DNA of 64,000 nucleotides, from contig NC_058368.1 in the NCBI RefSeq assembly GCF_018350175.1, positions 164,798,001 to 164,862,000 of the forward strand, written 5' to 3'. This document shows, in pieces, positions 53,316 to 64,000 of this stretch. Made by a program: the position numbers and the translations under genes. The notes beneath the pieces are model-generated. The model made no database searches, was not told the origin of the DNA, and saw nothing but the letters and a program-made list of their open reading frames with translations. The stretch's first letter is position 1. The number at the start of each line of letters is the position of its first letter. This DNA is from Felis catus (lineage: Eukaryota).

Positions 53316-55844
53316 TGCTGTGCCGTTTAATGAGTACTTGTGGTGATGCAAAGGTGGAGTAGATGTTTTCTCCATTCTCAACGAGCTTAGAGATAAATGA
53401 TTGTTTTACTATAAATTACTTCCCAACAGAAGAAATGTGATAGGTCAAAATCAGATTATGTCAATATCCTCCAATTATAATTTCCTCACTGTTAATATTG
53501 TCCCCAAATATTGTTCTTAGAACTTACTATATCCTTTCGATAGTTTTTCAGTATCAATCAACAAATCTCATTCTTCCTTTATAGTCCTTTAAAAGTGACC
53601 TCCTTCATCCACATTCATGCCAAATTTATTCTTAATCACATCAGCCAAACCTTTAGTATTATTTCAATTTCATTATCGTCTATAGTCATGTTCCAATAGA
53701 GTTCAATAGTTAGTGATTTCTACTTCCATTTGCTCAATATGTGTTCATGTTTGTTAATGTCAAGTCTACAAAGTCATCAGTGACACACTTTCATTCATTT
53801 CACATCATTAAATATTTGTTGCCTCAATTTTCTAGTGACTGAATGAGGAGAGTGTTCTGTAGTTGTTTCACTTACGCTTTCAGACTCTATCTACACCTCC
53901 AGGTTTTGTTTCTTGCACTTCTGACAAACATTATGAATATATTAAACCCAATTGTTTTGCCTACTCTACAGATGCAATTATGCTGCATTTGAGGCTTAAG
54001 ACACTGTAATTGTTTTTGGTCCCTAGTCTCATTACCTTCTTACCCTTCTCAACCTCCGAACGTATGCACCATCTGTCAACTCCTAAGTACTTTCCAACAG
54101 AATCCAAAGCAGCGTCCCAATATTCTCTTTCATCAGTCTCAGCAATTACATTTGTCAATATGGGAAACTGCAATAATTTTAAGTCATATATAATCATTGT
54201 GAATTTAACAAGTAAATCAAGGAGCCAAGGGCTACTAGGTTTGCCCCTCTTCCTACTTTGTATTATTCACATGCAAAATTCAATTTAATCGGTTGTGTTT
54301 CCCACACATTTAAAATGAAATCTTCTTAATAACTTGTTTTCCTTGCTATGCCTCTTAGCTTGCTTCAGATGCATGTTTGATGTGAGCCAAGGCATCAGCT
54401 GCTTTTCAGAAATTAAATCATTAGTCCTATTGTTTTATTTTCATCTCATGTTTTTACCCAATTACATATTTTGCAAAGTTAATTTCACCTTATTAATGTG
54501 TTCAATATATTCTGTGCAAATGATATGAGATTTCCAGGACTCCAGCAGATTCTCTCCTGATCCCTTCTTGAATCCTGGGGATGAGATAGAGAAGTTAAAT
54601 CTCCCACCTTTTGCCCTGTGGACACTACTTTTCTTCCTCAGGGGACTATTGAACAGATTCACTGGAGGTCTTCTTATTTTCCCTTGCTTCTTCTAGAAAT
54701 CAGGAGTATTAATTCATGCAGGCTTAGTGCTTTGTCAACTTTTAATAGCTCTAATTGCCTAATTATCTGCTCGGGTGCAATTATGAAACCTCCATACTGA
54801 GCTTGTTTTCAGGGCTATGCACACTGTTATATTGTTTGAATGTACAGTAGTTTGCTTCTTAAACAAGGCACAGAGATTTATCTGTGATGAAAGCCATTGG
54901 ATCCCACATTGTTCTAGTATTGGGGAAAAGTATGTGTATCATTGCCATGAGTAAATGGTAGAAATGATCAATCAAAATTGTTGTCATTGATTAGCTTCTA
55001 ATTTGAGAATTTTCCTCTTTATTTTGATTCTGTGAACTTACATCAGCTGTGGCAATGTGCCCCAACTTTTTCTCGCAACACTTTATGAATAATCCATCTG
55101 TGAATAAATTGTTGAATAACCTTGTCCACACTTGAAAAAAGAGTAAAATTAGACCCTTCAAATACATTCTTTAAAAAGCAGATTTTTAGCAGTATGTATT
55201 CAAATGGACAATGATTGATTTTTCCCTTTAATTTGTATCTAGCTTTCATTTAAGCCTCATTTTCAAATTCTACTAAGCTGATTGCTACAAAACTCTAGCT
55301 TATCAAAAAGTATTGTTGATAGCATCATTTCTCAGGGTCACACAGCTACAGGCTACATAAAAGTGTCTTCTGATTAGAGATATGAAAATAAAGTTCTCAT
55401 TTCTCCAAAAAAGTATAATTGACTAGAATGAAGTCTTGGATACCATACCTGCTACAATGATTCATTTGGTCTGAGTCTTCTTAATTATGGGGGAATTCTC
55501 AGGTTGGATGCCATTCTTTGGATAATTATACCCCCTTACAATAGTGAATAATATTTCATTAACTTAAGTGCTAAAGAGGAGTTGTTTCTTCTTTAAACAC
55601 ATTTTGACTGTCCACAAATCCAGCACATTTTGACACATATGGTTTCTATTTAACAAATACATTTTGATTTAAATGTATGATAGCAAGTAGAAAAAGGAGG
55701 GTAGAAAGGTATTTTCTAGAAATAGAATTAGATAGAAAGCTATGTTAGAGTCAGGCTTATGTGCCTCTACCTAGTTGCTGGCATAAAATTTCTGACTGTA
55801 TAACTAGATCAATCCTACAGCATGATGAGGACTTCCTCAGTGGC

Positions 55845-56447
55845 TATATTAATTTTCTCTTGCTGCATAATAAGTTACCACAAACTCAGCAGTTGAAACA
55901 ACACACGTTTTGGACTCACTGTTTCCATTGTCAGCATTCTGGGTTTGACTTAGTTGGGCCTTTGCCCAGGGTCCCACAAGGCTACAATCAAGATTTTGTC
56001 CTTTCTGAAGTACAGAGTCCTCACTCAAGCTCACACATTTTTTTGGAAAATTCAGTTCCTTGTGGCTATAGGACTGAAGCCCCCAGCTCCAGAGGCTCCC
56101 TGCAGTGTTCTTCAATGGGGCTTTCTCCACAGTTAGTTCACATCATAGTTGTTTGCTTCTTCAAGGCCAGCAGGAGAGCATCTCTGCTGCTGTTTGTCTC
56201 TTTCTTCAGAGAATGCCTGGATCCTCTTTTAAGGAACTCAACTGATTAGACTAAGCTGATCCAGGATAATCTCCCTTTTGATTAGCTCAAATTTAATTAT
56301 CTACAAAATCCCTTCACCTTTGCCATTTTCTATTGGTTAGAAGTAAGGCACAGATTCTGCCTGTATTAGAAGAAAGGAGATTATGCAAAAGTGTGGATGC
56401 CAGGAGATAGAAATCACAGGGACCATATTAGAATTCTGCCTACCACA
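55845..56447 (-). mobile_element. MLT1E-like MaLR solo LTR
   Basis: tatattaattttctcttgctgc...aattcagttccttgtggct...ggataatctcccttttg...ttagaattctgcctaccaca; near 5-bp TSD gtggc/gtggg. Confidence 0.85.
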
Positions 56448-58837
56448 GTGGGATGAGAGTTCAGCCATTTGTCTGTTCACCTTAATTTCTGATCATTACT
56501 CATCATCATCTTTTACTCATTGCTTTCAACTGCATTGAATGCTTTCTATAAGCAAGATGTGAGGGGTGCTCTAGAAATACGAAGATGAAAAGATCCCAAT
56601 CCATACTTTAAAGCAAATTAGCTAGTGAAGAGGAGAGAGAACAAATATGACCCTTCAAATTTTAATACAAATCATACTCGAGGCTCAAAAATAAATATTG
56701 TAGACATCAGGAGGAAGGAGGCGATACTGAACAGTATGTGTGGATCACTTCATGAATTACACAGCCACTTGCATATGGATAGTTGCTACCTTGAAGCTCC
56801 CATAACTAAACAGAACAGGAGATAAAGCATGGGCTATCCATTTTTAACTAGTGAATAGATAATATGAGGAGGAAGATTATAGTTTCTTTGTTAGCTACTT
56901 TATTTAGAGTGAGAAAGAACTGCCAATTAGGGCTGTCTGTAAATGGAATGACACACTGATGAATAATAAATTTGATTTCTGGAAATTAGTCATAGGGCTG
57001 AATCCCTACTCTTCAGGAATGATAAACAAAGAGGTTTTTTATTGAAATTGTATTTCAGTTTGCTACACCTAAAGTTCTTTCCCATACATTTTGTGGATTC
57101 TGTGAAAAAAATTCTATTCTAATTATTTTTACTCTACTGCACCTTAAATTGTATTTTAATTTTATTCTAATATTCCTCTAAATTTAAAAGACCAAGCCTT
57201 TTTTTTTCTATCTAGGTAAATGCATCTATAAATGTTCAAAATACTTTTCATTTAAAAAAATGAACAACCATAGGAATTAAGATATGGAATCATGGATTGA
57301 GAAGAGACTTTTGAAGTAATCTATGAAAACACCTGTAGTCTTTTAGGTCACATTATGTTGCCTATCTTACTCTACAACATCTTGGAACTTCAGGAATTTT
57401 TTCCATTTATTAAATACATATTTAGTGTTAAATGCATTAAACTAGAATAACAGCATTTTATAAATAAAGGACAATTTTGGAAATGGGTAAATATTTTTTT
57501 AACTATAAGAATTAGAAATTATACATAAGTAATTAGTTAATATAAGAAGTTAGTCAGTTTAGAAAATATTTAACTTGTCATTGTTGGTACCTCCTTGACT
57601 CACAGAACAATTAATATCTGAAAAATATATGTACATGCCTACTCTTCATTTTAGGTCATGATATGAGAAGAAATACTGCATAGAGTGGGATCCTATAGCT
57701 GCCCCCTCAAGCATTTATGAGTTAAACATTTACTAAATATGGAACAGAACTCTTAGCACCTCTTGCTTTAATTTATTTTTTTCAATGTCATGCTGCTTGT
57801 AATTTTGAATAACTGCTTTTACCTGCTGTGAGGAACAGTAACCACTGAGCATTGTGTTTTTGCTCAAATCCTATTTGTTGTTATGGAAACAGCATCTCTA
57901 TTAAGCTTCCTGCTGCACAACGGTTGTAGAAAATGTTACTTAAAATGTTCACCAGCAAAGGAAATGGGGAAAAGTGAATTCAAACAATACCTGGCTATTT
58001 CTGTTATATGACATGAAGATATTTGAAATACAAAATGTAAATAATGATGACTGGGCAACTTCATTATACCAAATCAATGCATTGAATAAGAAAGGGACTA
58101 TTGTGTAGGTATGCAAATTAAAAGAGAAAAAAAAGTAGAATGAGTTATTCAATTTTATAGAGTTCAAAATGGTTTTGAGTTTATAGAATAAGAGGTTTTT
58201 TTGATTTGCTGGTTTCATGAGAGATGAAACTTGGAGTTCACTTTGGGAGAAGGCTGGATTAAATGGTCTATTATTCTATAGAATTCCCTTTGCCACAAAA
58301 TACATTTGTATTTAAACAACATAATTATATATCATTCATCTATTTCAAAATGTGACAATAGACTTGTTTTAATTTCCTTATATAATTTGCTTATATAACT
58401 TATTTATATACTTATTTTATTAGATAGCATATAATTATGCATCTGATGGTAATGTCTTTGACTATGCAACAGACACTTATATTTATTTGTATTTATAATA
58501 TAGTGGACTTCATTGGCTATACCTCAGTATTTCAGCCCTATATAATATTTAAATGAGAAAGATAAATATAAAATCAGAGCTCAATTCCTATCACACAAAA
58601 CTTTTATCCTTACATCCCCTATTCTTGTAGGCAGATTCTAAGAATGAAAAATGTTTACACAACATAATTGATTGTCAGTATCATTTCTAACAGAAAGAGT
58701 ACACAAAGCTCCATGGGTTAAAATTTTATTAAAGTTCTGTGTCAACATGTAAAATACCAAGCCAGCTATCTTTTGCCATTTACAATGTCTATAGGATAAA
58801 ATGTGCCAAGTTTTTACAGACATCATAAGCCTCTTCT

Positions 58838-58945
58838 AAACCCTGTGGGGAATGGTAAATTGGATGTTGTCCCCATTTTACAGATGAAGAAACAAATGCA
58901 TAAATAGAAATAACTTTCTCAAGATCACAAGCTAGAGAGTGATTG
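58838..58945 (-). mobile_element. MIR fragment
   Basis: ccccattttacagatgaagaaac...taactttctcaagatcacaagctag. Confidence 0.75.
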
Positions 58946-59464
58946 AGCATTTTCAATTATTTCACTTTTAGAATTAATTAGTAAATTTTTACTAATAAGC
59001 CTCCTGAATATATTTGGACTTTACAAAAGCTAAACTCATTTGCAGTGACAGTGTTATCTTCATTATAGAAATTATGGCCATGTCTTCATGTGAAAAAAAA
59101 ATACAGATTCCTCAGATATGGTTCCCAAAAATGGAATTTTTATGATCACTGGAAAATGATTCTGAATGATACCTAAAACATAAACTCCCTGCTGAATAAA
59201 CATGCTGAAACTATAGTCAAGAGTAAAATGTATCTGATTTCTTATACACCCATGACATTTGTAAAGGAGCATAGGAAGCAAATCAGTACTCAAGGGAAGG
59301 AGTATAAAAATGGGGAAGGAGAATTCAGAACTCCTTTGCGTTCTCACTATTTATAGTTGCCTCTAAACTGTTTGTAGAATTTACATTTAGAAAGCTGGTT
59401 ACCACATGATTTATTTTTCTCTAAACAGCAACAACAGTAACAATAGGAGGTGAAGTGAATGCTT

Positions 59465-60012
59465 TGTGATATACCACCAGGCCCCAGCCAGAATCCTCTT
59501 CAGGGCTGAAGGACTTACTTATCCAGCTCTTGCGAATTCATTGGGTGGCCACCCTGCCAGGCTCCATCCTAGGTAAGAAAGAGTTGCCTAATCCAAGGAC
59601 ACTCTTGGGGCAGCCTGACTTTAACTAGTTGATGCAGGAGTATAAAGGCACAGTCCCCTAGCTGCATTGCAGAATATCTCTGAAGGCCAGCCCAGCAGGG
59701 TACCTGGATGGCTCAGTCACTAAAGTCCCACTCTTGACTTACGCTAGGGTCTGATCTCTCGGTTTGTGGGTTTGAGCCCTGTTTCAGGCTCCTTGCTGAG
59801 CATGGAACCAGCTTAAGATTCTCTCCCTCCCACCCCCCCCACCCGATGCTCTCCTCCGCTTTCTCTCTCTCTCTCAAATAAAAAATTAAAAAAATTTGAA
59901 GACCATCCCAGCTTCAGAGCTCCCTACAGAGTTCCTTAGTTGAGGCCATGGTTGAAAGTGCATCATCGCTGAGTCTCTCCTGTAGAATCTATTTCCCCAT
60001 AAGTCTAACCTA
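59465..60012 (+). mobile_element. LTR16-like ERVL LTR interrupted by a SINE
   Basis: cctcttcagggctgaaggactt...gagttgcctaatccaagg...gcaggagtataaaggc...ccatcccagcttcagagctccc. Confidence 0.65.
59697..59896 (+). mobile_element. Can-SINE (older) nested in LTR
   Basis: agggtacctggatggctcagtc head; TSD tgaag(g/a)cca(g/t)cccagc. Confidence 0.9.
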
Positions 60013-60021
60013 CAACAAGAA

Positions 60022-60240
60022 TTAACATTTATTAAGTCCATAACATATGGTAGTACTTTTTCTAAGTGTTTTGCTTGTATTAATTTATATATTCTTCTCT
60101 ATACAATTAATATCTGATTTTCGAGATGAGAAATAAAAGCACAGAAAAGTTAAGTAACTGACCTGAGATCATGCAACTACAAAATGTAGTCTGGACATGC
60201 AAAGTCTGATTTCAGAATGTATGCTTTTAAACACCAGGCT
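60022..60240 (-). mobile_element. MIR SINE
   Basis: taacatttattaag...gatgagaaataaaagcacagaaaagttaagtaact...tctgatttcaga. Confidence 0.7.
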
Positions 60241-61919
60241 ATAGTAAATACTAGGCTGTGAAGTTTATTACACTTCACATATTTCAATTTGATTTGCACA
60301 TACTAAATGCATTGTGCTAAATTCTACGATGGCCATATAGTAAATCCACTTTATGTAACAAAGTAAATATGAAGTACCTTAAGGAAAAGATTCAGTATTA
60401 TGCCCTTAAAAATGAATATTCTTATTGTAAGTCCACATTTAAACAAAAATTACACTCAATGTAAATTACACTCAATGTAATCAAGGCCCAATGTGGCTAG
60501 CAAAGTTGGATGGAGGTCAGGGATCAATGTAGAATTCTTGAGGAAAGCTTCACAAAATAGAATAGAATTGATAATGTCTTTGAAGGATTAGTAGGATTCA
60601 GAGATGCAGGAGGGGTTTTTGATGTGGAAAATGGTGCCAGCAAGTAGAATTCAGCTTTCAGAGATTTGGATTTTACACATCATGTGCTTTTAAGGTTAGA
60701 TATAGGAGAGTAAACATGTACACACAAGCACACACATATTTATGTATACATACACACTGCATATAAGCTGTAGTAGAGCCAACTACAGAAAAAGCGCATT
60801 AAGTTGCCCTTTGTCATCTATATGGAGGGACAAGTGTGACCAAATATACTAGAACACATTATAGCAATGTTGGAGGTTGTTGCATAAAGAGCCTGGATAG
60901 AGCAAATATTTATAAATGCCTTCTTATATTTTTCTCTTCTGATTTTCTGTAATAAATTGTGTAGCTAGCAAATGTAAGAGGGAAAACACATACCCTTTAC
61001 CCTTCTTTATGGTTTTATCTAATATTTTGAACACTTAATATTAGCCTTTTTGTATATTAATGTGACAATGAATAACAATCCTAGAAATGTTTTTTCTATC
61101 ATATAAATGATATTTGATATACCCATTTATATAGTTTAATAGTACATGCTCTACTAATTCTTAAATTTAAGTGTAACACTGTTGTACACGTGGAAACCTG
61201 TTTTTTTCTCCTAAAGATGCAATTTTTAAACCAAAGTTTCAAAATGAGTAACCAGCAGTATAAGTTAGAAAAACAGGTCTTAACTTTTTCCCAGAGCAAT
61301 ACTTTCTTGTGACATTTAATATAAAATAAATAAGGTTAGGAAATCTGTATTAAATAAATATTTATTGGCCTCCAATATGCTAACATGCATAGGGGGATAG
61401 AAGGCAAAGTTTCCCACACTAATTCGAACACAGGAACTTTAATCATTAGAGTTTTTGTGGATTGGTGTTCTGTGGAATGCAATTTGGGACACCCAGTTTT
61501 AATTTGTATTCGATTATCTGTTGTGCTTGTTTCAAAGATATATAAATATTTGTGTATGTGTGTTTTGTAAGAAGGGTGATTTGTTTGATAAACAAAATTC
61601 TGCTTTGTTCATCGTTTGACTTGGCTAGATGCATACACCACCAGCACTCACCACTGACACGTATACATAAAAAGGTTATTGTTTAGCTTGGAATCAACAA
61701 TTTCTTCCATTTTTATTCATTGATTCATAGTTTTTATTGTTTCCAGTGTTAGTTTTTATTGTTACAATTATTATCACATAAAATTTTACATGGAGAAAAT
61801 CAAATAACTTTTCCTTCCCGATTGCTGCTAAAGTAATCAAGATTTAACAGTTTCTGGATTTAAATCAAATCACACTAACATCTCAAATCCTATTCTTGAC
61901 CCAAACTGCTCACATCGTT

Positions 61920-62046
61920 TTTGGAACTTGCTACAAATGCCCTATTCTCACTAACACCTTCTGAATCAGAGTGGAGGGAAACTTAAGACCCTATATTTTA
62001 ATCAACTATCCAAAGAAGTCTTACATCCACTGAAGTTTGAGAATAG
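61920..62046. mobile_element. MER5-like hAT fragment
   Basis: ggaacttgctacaaatgc...ctgaatcaga...cactgaagtttgagaa. Confidence 0.55.
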
Positions 62047-63876
62047 GGACTTGCACTGAATCTAAGTATTCTGGGAGGAAACAAATGCAGTAAAAAAGCT
62101 AGCTGGGTGCATGGGTGGGATGGGGCAGAAAGAATAGTTGTTCCTCCTGGGCTTGTTTCCAAATTGATGGCATTTTAGACCATGAGAGAGCCAGAGAAAA
62201 TGTGCAGGAGAAGGAGGTGTTCTTTTTTATGCTTGCTACAGCCTCCATCTGATTTTCTCGCATGACTGCCAATAGTAAAGTAGAACAGCTGAGTTGACAC
62301 TATAACAGAAGCATGGACTTGAAACAACAGTTCGTTAATTCCCCCAACAGTAATAATGATAGTTTATTTTTAGTTATCATTATTACTTTATTACTCCCTT
62401 CTTTTTCTGCCAACTTTTTTTTCTCCTCTGTTTTCACATTATAGTAACTTTTCAAATATGTACATGTAGGGGAGGGAGAAAGGAAGATAAAAGAAGATAC
62501 ATTTAATAAACAAGACTCAATCCAAATGCATGCCTTCATGTATCATTGTGTACTTTCAAGCTTCACTTCTGTGCATTTAATTTGTGTGCTAAGGATGTAA
62601 TCCTGTATTCATAAACAAATACAAGAACAATTTGCTCTATTTCCATAGACTTGATCTAAATTAATTGGATTAAATTAAGTCAATTAATTTAATAAGCCCT
62701 ATTGTTCTGACCAAAACCCAAGACCTTTTATTTAAATCATCTATAGTGGCCTTAAACCTACCCTTCAAAATGAACCTTTTTCTTTTTGAAGCCTGGATGC
62801 CAGCCATGGATGCAATATAACTTAATGCCAAGAGAGATCGTTTAAGTGCGGTTATTAAGGAGACTATGATTGATGGAGTTTGTAGCTGGTAATGTGATTC
62901 CCCTTTGGCTGCTCAGTGAACATCGGCAACAGATCAATATCTCATCTGCATGAGATTACAGCCAGTTTTGACAATAGCAGTGAGAAGAGGTTAAAAAAAA
63001 AAAGAGCAACATATTTGGCTGAGAATCATGATAGCTATTCTAGTTTAAAAGGTAATGCAAATAAATAACTCCTTTCTTAGAGGAAAAAAAATGATCTGGT
63101 AGGAATTTTTGTTATTGTTTTACTTTTTGTTCAGCGTTGATCAGATTGATTTTTTTTTTACCCCTCTCTTGTTCATTTTTTTTTTCTGTTTTAAACAAGG
63201 TAGATCTTTAACATGAGCATGCAGAAAACTGTGTCTACCCACTAAAACACATCACAGCAGGTTTAACAAAAACTAACATTTTTCCATCTAGAATGGTCCA
63301 AAATGTTTGAATCATGTAAAAACCTTGACAACAAATCGACAGCAAATCAAGACCTTAGAAATTCTGTTTTAACTACTTCTTTTACATTAATTGGATGAAT
63401 TATGCTCTGAATCTAAACTTGCATAATTGTCTCTCCTTTCACTGGTACTTTGTTTCTTTTCTCTTTACTCTATGAACCTTCTCATCCTCAACACCATAGA
63501 ATACCCCATCCCATCATCAAGTTGGATTCTAGAGAGACTCATCTATTCCTTGACCCTACTCTGGACCTTTCCTAAATTGCTGGAAAGCAAGACCTTAATA
63601 TTTATTCCCACCTAGCCCATGTCAAGCTGCGCTTCACCTACTGAGTGCTGTCATTTTCTAACGGATGACTCCCTTCAACAGTAGTGAAGTGGGCCTGCAG
63701 GATAATCAAGGGAGCCTGTGCAGTACCAGGTTACGAGACAAAAGGAGGCTGGAGCCGTAAAACCACAGAAAGGCTAGGACCCTTAGGGGTATGTTTCCCA
63801 AGCTCTTGAACTGATTAGTATACAGTGCATTTGTATACAGAAGATTTGCGTACAGTGATTTAAAATCTTTTGTTTA

Positions 63877-64000
63877 GGGGCGCCTGGGTGGCGCAGTCAG
63901 TTAAGCGTCCGACTTCAGCCAGGTCACGATCTCGCGGTCCGTGAGTTCGAGCCCCGCGTCCGGCTCTGGGCTGATGGCTCAGAGCCTGGAGCCTGTTTCC
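63877..64000 (+). mobile_element. young Can-SINE (cut by window end)
   Basis: GGGGCGCCTGGGTGGCGCAGTC head, CpG-rich body. Confidence 0.97.

Noticed and set aside
55761..56249. Longest ORF in the window (162 aa)
   Set aside because: It lies almost wholly within an MLT1E-like LTR, starts at GTG, and has no recognisable domain.
1..64000. CpG island, promoter, tRNA gene or a novel multi-gene system
   Set aside because: CpGs are concentrated in young SINEs, the Pol III A/B boxes belong to tRNA-derived SINE heads, and no intact coding cluster is present.

Overview
AT-rich, repeat-dense mammalian genomic DNA. The many tRNA-derived Can-SINEs of the cat type (SINEC_Fc: GGGGCGCCTGGGTGGCGCAGTC... (CT)n, poly-A) point to a felid, most likely the domestic cat. 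No protein-coding gene can be recognised: almost every ORF in the track is a SINE, L1, LTR or low-complexity read-through. The window holds about 28 Can-SINEs of several ages (8 are young and CpG-rich, most with clear target-site duplications), a 2.5 kb 5'-truncated carnivore L1 carrying two nested SINEs, older L1M/L2/MIR/MER fragments, several solo LTRs (MLT1, MLT2, LTR16-like) and microsatellites. The best-supported unusual items are a 35-nt tailless U2 snRNA retropseudogene with a perfect target-site duplication (34370-34404) and two inverted young SINEs with identical bodies 2.3 kb apart (3962-6687). There is also a weak two-exon candidate (1753-1849 and 4825-4931) and several repeat-free, motif-rich blocks that look like conserved enhancers. 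I found no support for a previously undescribed biological system. Repeat subfamily names are from recognition by eye and need RepeatMasker/Dfam confirmation.
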